A stretch of DNA of 32,418 nt, taken from Candidatus Micrarchaeota archaeon (lineage in GTDB: Archaea; Micrarchaeota; Micrarchaeia; Anstonellales; Bilamarchaeaceae). The stretch lies in contig JBGFRY010000008.1 in the NCBI GenBank assembly GCA_041694845.1, positions 1 to 32,418 on the forward strand, given 5' to 3'. Positions 27,526 through 32,418 of this stretch are shown piece by piece. The stretch's first letter is position 1; each line of letters begins with the position of its first letter. The position numbers and the translations under genes are program-made. A model generated the notes under the pieces. The model had not been told where the DNA came from. It was given only the letters and a program-made list of their open reading frames with translations, and ran no database searches.

Positions 27526-28233
27526 TCAAACCCCTTTGAACTGTTCGTCTACTACAAGAAGATAATTAGCTACTGTGATAAACTCTCCTTTAGATGCATT
27601 TAATCTTGCTTCGACTCTTCTTCCACCTTTTTGTTCTATAAGCTCTTCCAAAAAAGCCACAGTTCCAGCATGTTTGCCTTCTGTAATAAGGCAACGTGCT
27701 CCTTTTTCCAGTTTAATCACTCTTTCTATTTTGTTTTGTGGTAACATTACTACTACGCTATCACCCACTTTGATCAATTCATTTGAAATAATATTTTTGC
27801 CATCGTGTAAATGCAATACAATCTTCTTTTTTGCAGTGTGTTTGCTTATGACTTTGGCTATCTTTTTTTTGCTTTCTTCATCAGAAATTTCTACAGGAAT
27901 TAATCTACTTTTTGAATCAATCCCTATACGATAACTTTTTCCTGCATTTGTGAGTTTAACTATATCCATAATACCTAGAACATAGTGGGGGTCGATTCTT
28001 ATTCTGCCATCAACAGATATTGTTCTCGAAGTAAGAATCTTTTTTACTTCTCTTGCATTCGTTGCAAACCCTAATACATCCCTTATTAAAACCATTAGTG
28101 GCAGTGATACTTTCTTATTATGTGGGCCAGGTTTTCCTTTAACCAACCAGGTTGCAGCTTTTCGATTATGGATTAATACAGCAGTTTGAGAAGCAATTCT
28201 CTTCAAATGTTTTGGAGCTCCTTTTTTACTCAT
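27526..28233 (-). CDS. rps4e: 30S ribosomal protein S4e
   Basis: HLKRIA, PGPH, VDGRIR, LHDGKN and GKHAG motifs. Confidence 0.95.
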   Translation of the reverse strand: MSKKGAPKHLKRIASQTAVLIHNRKAATWLVKGKPGPHNKKVSLPLMVLIRDVLGFATNAREVKKILTSRTISVDGRIRIDPHYVLGIMDIVKLTNAGKSYRIGIDSKSRLIPVEISDEESKKKIAKVISKHTAKKKIVLHLHDGKNIISNELIKVGDSVVVMLPQNKIERVIKLEKGARCLITEGKHAGTVAFLEELIEQKGGRRVEARLNASKGEFITVANYLLVVDEQFKGV

Positions 28234-28664
28234 TTTGATCCCCTATTAGCATCTTTAACCACTTCAACTTTTTCTTTTTCACTTTCCTCAATTTTATTCT
28301 CCTCTTGTTTCTCTTCTAACTTTTCTTTATTTAACTCTTTCACTATTTTCTCTTCTCTTTCAATTAACATAAGATTTGATGGTTCAAAGGCAACAAGCAC
28401 TTCTTTTCTACGAGCAGTTCTACTCGTTATTCCTTCAATGTAAACTTTTGTTTTTCTGTGACTTGTTCTACTTACCTTCCCTTGCTTTCCTTTATGGCTT
28501 CCTCGCATTATCTTTACCCTATCACCTTTTCTTACTAACAAAGCCCGTTTCTTTGTTTTTAATTTTTCACGGAGTGGCTTTGATAAATGAACATGAAGAA
28601 AATCTTTCTTTTTGTGTATTCTCGCATTGTAATGCCTTTTTCTTTCACTATCTGCTTTTGCCAT
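28230..28664 (-). CDS. rpl24: 50S ribosomal protein uL24
   Basis: LSKPLREK and VRKGDRVKIMRG (KOW) motifs, with a charged C-terminal tail. Confidence 0.94.
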   Translation of the reverse strand: MAKADSERKRHYNARIHKKKDFLHVHLSKPLREKLKTKKRALLVRKGDRVKIMRGSHKGKQGKVSRTSHRKTKVYIEGITSRTARRKEVLVAFEPSNLMLIEREEKIVKELNKEKLEEKQEENKIEESEKEKVEVVKDANRGSK

Positions 28665-28694
28665 ATATATCAGTCTAAATACCCAAATTGCTTA

Positions 28695-29093
28695 TCATAC
28701 TACCCCTGGTGCAATTGCTGCAACTTTTGGAAATCTTTCTGCAATCTCGCGAGCGACTACGCCTTTAATCTCTGTTCCTACTGGAAGATTTTCTTCACTT
28801 ACAAGCACAGCTGCATTATCTTCAAACATTATTCGTAATCCATTTGCCCTTCTAAACTCTTTTTTTTGCCTTATTATAAGCGCCCTTACTACTTTTTTTA
28901 TCATATCAGCATTTCCTTTTTTTACTGATGCAATTACTATATTTCCAATCCCAAATTTCGGATATCTTCCACGTACCCCTCTTATCCCAATGCCAGATAT
29001 TATAAAGATCTCCTTTGCGCCGCTATTGTCGTGACACGTTACTATCGAACCAGTTGTAAGCCCTTTAGTAATATTAGCAGCAAGTGCTTTCAT
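28695..29093 (-). CDS. rpl14: 50S ribosomal protein uL14
   Basis: DNSGAK, IRQKKEFRR, FEDNAAV and KGVVARE motifs. Confidence 0.96.
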   Translation of the reverse strand: MKALAANITKGLTTGSIVTCHDNSGAKEIFIISGIGIRGVRGRYPKFGIGNIVIASVKKGNADMIKKVVRALIIRQKKEFRRANGLRIMFEDNAAVLVSEENLPVGTEIKGVVAREIAERFPKVAAIAPGVV

Positions 29094-29123
29094 GGAAATA
29101 ACCTCTCTAGTATAATTCTCATA

Positions 29124-29435
29124 TTATGCGGCCCCAACCCCTCCCTTTTTTATTATTTCAATAACTGTCCAAGCCTTTCTCTTGCTTATCTTCCTAGTTT
29201 CACCTATCTTAACAATATCTCCAGTAGCTGCGTTTATGCATAGTGGATTATGCGCCATTATATGTGATCTTCCTTTCGCCCATCTTTTATATTTACTAAG
29301 ATATTTTGTTACACTTCGCTCAATTACTACGGTATTTTTTGCTTTAGTGCTTATGATCTTACCAGTTATAACTGCTCCTCGAACGCGGACTGTTCCATGA
29401 ATATAACATTTCTTATCCATACATCTATCTGTCAT
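29124..29435 (-). CDS. rps17: 30S ribosomal protein uS17
   Basis: CMDKKCYIHG, AHNP and GETRKISKRK motifs. ATG 29435 follows GGTG. Confidence 0.95.
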   Translation of the reverse strand: MTDRCMDKKCYIHGTVRVRGAVITGKIISTKAKNTVVIERSVTKYLSKYKRWAKGRSHIMAHNPLCINAATGDIVKIGETRKISKRKAWTVIEIIKKGGVGAA

Positions 29436-29582
29436 AACACCATCTCTAATTCTCACTGTCTAAAAGGTATAAATACAAATCGCCTTTGTTTTTAAAAACA
29501 GGCTTTAGGCGAATCTTATCTGCGCGAGCAGATAAGGTGTTCAACCTGTTGAGGGATAAATAGAGAGAAAGATTTAAAAAGC
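29436..29582 (-). promoter_or_regulatory. Putative promoter and structured 5' leader of the rps17-adk operon
   Basis: TATA-like TTTTTAAAT (minus strand, 29580-29572). Hairpins at 29541-29552, 29515-29536 (perfect 9-bp stem) and 29480-29512. Confidence 0.55.
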
Positions 29583-29623
29583 GGTTATTTTTTTAGTAAG
29601 TGCTACGCTGTCAGCCAATTCAG

Positions 29624-29713
29624 GTGAACTTCGTTCACAACTGCAAAAAATACATTTTTGCATCGATCGTGAACTTCGTTCACAACTGCAAAAAATACAT
29701 TTTTGCATCGATC
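29624..29713. repeat. Perfect tandem duplication, 2 x 45 bp, internally palindromic
   Basis: GTGAACTTCGTTCACAACTGCAAAAAATACATTTTTGCATCGATC at 29624-29668 and 29669-29713. Confidence 0.95.
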
Positions 29714-29790
29714 AAATACGAATAAATAATAAACAAAAAATATTGATTCTCAAATTTATAATAGTGCTAGCAGAAGACCATTTGACTGTT

Positions 29791-30440
29791 CTATTGCTTG
29801 AGTAACCATTTCCAAAGCATCATAAATTTAATTTTTTTATTCTTTACTTTTTCATCTTTTTCATATTTATTCGTTATCACAAGAAGATTATTGCAGCCGA
29901 GTTCGTTGTTTGCTTTTAACAGAGCTTTTGTTTCTCTTTCTTTAGTTTTATAGTCCTCCATGCTATAGCAAACCTGTACAAGTTTGTAGAGTAGTGATTT
30001 TTTCTCATCAGTTCTACACAGACTGTATTCTCAAAAAGTTTACCAATATCGCGAGACAATTTAAAACCAATAAAATTACAAAATCAGTGATCAATTGCAT
30101 AAACTTTTTTTTGGCGCTATTACCTGCTCATTTAATTTTGGAGAAAAATTTTCTAAAATTATTATAAGAAATGCTTCTCTCAAATAACTGATATAATTCT
30201 TTGTTGTGTGGACATCCTTTACTCCAAATATTTTTGAGAGTTTTGAGTATGTAAACTCATTAGAAAAAATACATATCAGGTTTAAATTCTAAAATTTCCT
30301 TGAAAGAAAAAGGGTAGAGGTTGAATCTATGTACCTACCGGTTAAATGGGTTGTAAGTTCGCCGCTGAGCAATTGTGAGTTGCTACCCGTAATTATCACT
30401 TTCTTTGTTCTCCTCAAGCGATTTATGAAAAAGCTTCCCT
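29791..30440 (-). pseudogene. Decayed COG1373 (AAA_14/DUF4143) ATPase
   Basis: Fragments across frameshifts: FINRLRRTKKVIITGSNSQLLSGELTTHLTGRY, LYPFSFKEIL, FTYSKLSKIFGVKDVHTTKNYISYLREAFLI, KVYAIDH*, GKLFENTVCVELMRK, LVQVCY...ERETKALL...LWKWLLKQ*. Confidence 0.88.
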
Positions 30441-30677
30441 CCGCGATTTGATTTAAAGTTTGTAGTTAAAAACCCCAAACTTTTAAAAATAGTATGTAGT
30501 TACCAAACTTTCGCAATTACAACTTAAGTGAAAGTTAAGAAATGCGCTCGAATTTGCGAAATGTGGGTTTCTGCTTCTGGAAGCTTCTAGTTTTTGAACG
30601 TTCAAAAAAGCGAACAAAAATAGCCAAAAATGTTCGAAAATTTGAACAAATATTTCTTTAGTAAAAACATAAGTTGC

Positions 30678-30723
30678 AAAAGTGCACCAAAAATGCCTAT
30701 TTTCAGTGCAAAAGTGCACCATT
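30678..30723 (+). repeat. 46-bp direct repeat, left copy
   Basis: AAAAGTGCACCAAAAATGCCTATTTTCAGTGCAAAAGTGCACCATT, identical to 31922-31967. Confidence 0.95.
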
Positions 30724-30751
30724 TAAAAGACCATCCATAAAGATTAATTAC

Positions 30752-31918
30752 ATGGACGAACATATTGTAGAGAAGGCTTTAGCCATAGGGACTAACATCA
30801 TCGAATCCAATTATAAGAAGTACCCTAAAAAAAGATACCTGCACCAGATCCTAAAAAAAGAGATCGACAACAAGGAACTGATTACCATTCTCATGGGATT
30901 GCGCGGCACTGGAAAAACGGTTCTCATCTCACAGCTGATAGCCGGAAAAAAATATGCCTATCTCCAGATGGACTACGCTCCAATGAAAGGTCAGGATCTT
31001 CACGACGTTCTCGTTTACCTTCACAAGGTAAAGGGGATGGATGTCCTCGTTTTGGACGAATTTCAGGATTCAATGGATTTCTCCTCAGTCAAAGCATTTT
31101 ATGAGGAAACCAAGGGTGAAGTCTCTCTTGTCATCACCGGTTCATCGGCAGTGGCTTTATACCCCCCCGAGCTCACTCGGAGAGTGAAGACATTGACGCT
31201 TGAACCGCTTAGTTTCAGAGAGTACCTATTTTTCAAAAAAGACATTGAACTTCAGCCTCTTTTCCTGAATGACATAATAGAAGGAAAATGGAAAGATCTC
31301 ATCGTCTATTCACCGATCATTTCGGAGTACATGCGAATCGCCCTTCCGTATATGCTAGAGACAGAAGCCAGCATCCTTGATCTTATCGATAGAATAATAC
31401 GCCACGACTTAGTTGTTTTCAGAAAGATAAACCAGGAGAACATCGCCGAGGTTGAAAAAATACTATTTTCGCTTGCAGTTTCAAAAGGAGAAACCTCGTT
31501 CAGCTCGCTCTCCAATAAGACTGGCGTTGAAAAAACGCAGGTGATGCGTTATATTTCTTTGCTGAGGGACGTACTCCTGCTCAAAGAAGTTCCTTCCTCT
31601 GGCTCTCCGAGCAGGGCGATACTCAAAGAAAGAAAATTCTACCTCACCCCTCCATTCCGACAGGGGATTTGCAACGAGCTTGGGTTGTGGGTAGACATTG
31701 GAATGCTCAGAGAGGAGTTTTTTATTCAACATACATTCAGGTATTCTCCATCGTATGTTTGGGGTAGGGGCATGCCTGATTTCATGATTGGTGGGAAGAC
31801 ATACGAAGTTGGTGGACCATCAAAGAAGAGAGAACAGCAATCCAATTATGTCGTCGTGGATGGTAAAGTGCCTGGAAAAGATGAGCTTCCACTCATTGCC
31901 TTTGGGTTTCTGTATTGA
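30752..31918 (+). CDS. COG1373-type AAA+ ATPase (AAA_14) with wHTH and C-terminal PD-(D/E)xK-like region
   Basis: GLRGTGKT, LVLDEFQ, ITGSS, LEPLSFREYL, HTH SFSSLSNKTGVEKTQVMRYISLL, KFYL and PDF...YEVGG motifs. ATG 30752 lies about 25 nt after TTTAAAAG. Confidence 0.88.
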   Translation: MDEHIVEKALAIGTNIIESNYKKYPKKRYLHQILKKEIDNKELITILMGLRGTGKTVLISQLIAGKKYAYLQMDYAPMKGQDLHDVLVYLHKVKGMDVLVLDEFQDSMDFSSVKAFYEETKGEVSLVITGSSAVALYPPELTRRVKTLTLEPLSFREYLFFKKDIELQPLFLNDIIEGKWKDLIVYSPIISEYMRIALPYMLETEASILDLIDRIIRHDLVVFRKINQENIAEVEKILFSLAVSKGETSFSSLSNKTGVEKTQVMRYISLLRDVLLLKEVPSSGSPSRAILKERKFYLTPPFRQGICNELGLWVDIGMLREEFFIQHTFRYSPSYVWGRGMPDFMIGGKTYEVGGPSKKREQQSNYVVVDGKVPGKDELPLIAFGFLY

Positions 31919-31921
31919 AGT

Positions 31922-31967
31922 AAAAGTGCACCAAAAATGCCTATTTTCAGTGCAAAAGTGCACCATT
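31922..31967 (+). repeat. 46-bp direct repeat, right copy
   Basis: Identical to 30678-30723; begins 3 nt after the ATPase stop codon. Confidence 0.95.
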
Positions 31968-32418
31968 CTTGTTAAGCGATATCATTTTATCAGTGGCTTA
32001 ATTCTATGGTCCTTAGATATTTAATTCTTTTAAAGCACTTATTGCGCTTATTCTCATCTGCCAACTCCCAATCAGAACCATTGTCATTTAATAAATAAAG
32101 AGAAAATTTTTGAGATGTTTCAATATAAAGCGTTTTTTTCTCTATGTCAACATAAAGTACTTGACTAAAATCTCACCTCCTGGTTCGTCTCTTCTTGATT
32201 CGTTGTGCCAAGGAGCTGCTGCAGGTCCTTTATAATATGTTTTTTTCTCAACTTCTAAAACATGAACTGAACAATCGCATTTTTAATTTCTTATCGTAAA
32301 CTATTGCAACGTCTTTATGAGAAAAAGTATGACGTTAGTTTATGCTGCGAGCGAGTTTGCAATAGATGAGACAGGAACAAAAGCACCATAAAATTTTTTA
32401 TATAATACATCGTAAGCA

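Noticed and set aside
28230-28360. Glu/Lys-rich tail of uL24 as an extra domain
   Set aside because: Low-complexity charged extensions are common in ribosomal proteins.
756-29400. Many short antisense or alternate-frame ORFs inside valS, apgM, ABCE1, tuf, serS, secY and ribosomal genes (e.g. 26976-27539, 17152-17628)
   Set aside because: Shadow ORFs of well-supported genes, with no independent motifs.
29624-29713. CRISPR array
   Set aside because: Two directly abutting copies with no spacer, and no cas genes in the window.
30483-30722. 79-aa minus-strand ORF, and similarly ORF 31788-32024
   Set aside because: Both run through the repeats and have no recognisable motifs.
30674-30751. N-terminal extension of the ATPase from TTG 30674
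   Set aside because: It merely translates the 46-bp repeat and TATA region; ATG 30752 fits better.
31990-32418. Short minus-strand reading fragments at the window end (possible gene tail or pseudogene)
   Set aside because: Interrupted by stops, no recognisable motif, and cut by the window edge, so not supportable.

Overview
AT-rich archaeal chromosome segment. Gene content and protein style suggest DPANN, most likely Ca. Micrarchaeota; this is inference. Most of it is housekeeping: 3' end of rpl15e, a short Rpp30-like protein, valS, apgM, ABCE1, hjc, tRNA-Pro(GGG) with a non-canonical T-loop intron, rps2, EF-1alpha, serS, pcm, and a spc-type ribosomal operon (rps17 to secY and adk) on the minus strand. 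Stand-out elements: (1) a compact TctA-UbiX-UbiD-AcnX large/small cluster, the lower branch of the archaeal (modified) mevalonate pathway with a candidate transporter; (2) an accessory region at about 29.6-32 kb with an intact COG1373-type ATPase bracketed by perfect 46-bp direct repeats, a divergent decayed paralog missed by the ORF track, and a 45-bp palindromic tandem duplication; (3) a MITE-like element with terminal inverted repeats and a target duplication, plus a second partial copy; (4) rpl6 with no canonical start codon; (5) a structured leader in front of rps17; (6) several uncharacterised surface and hypothetical proteins.
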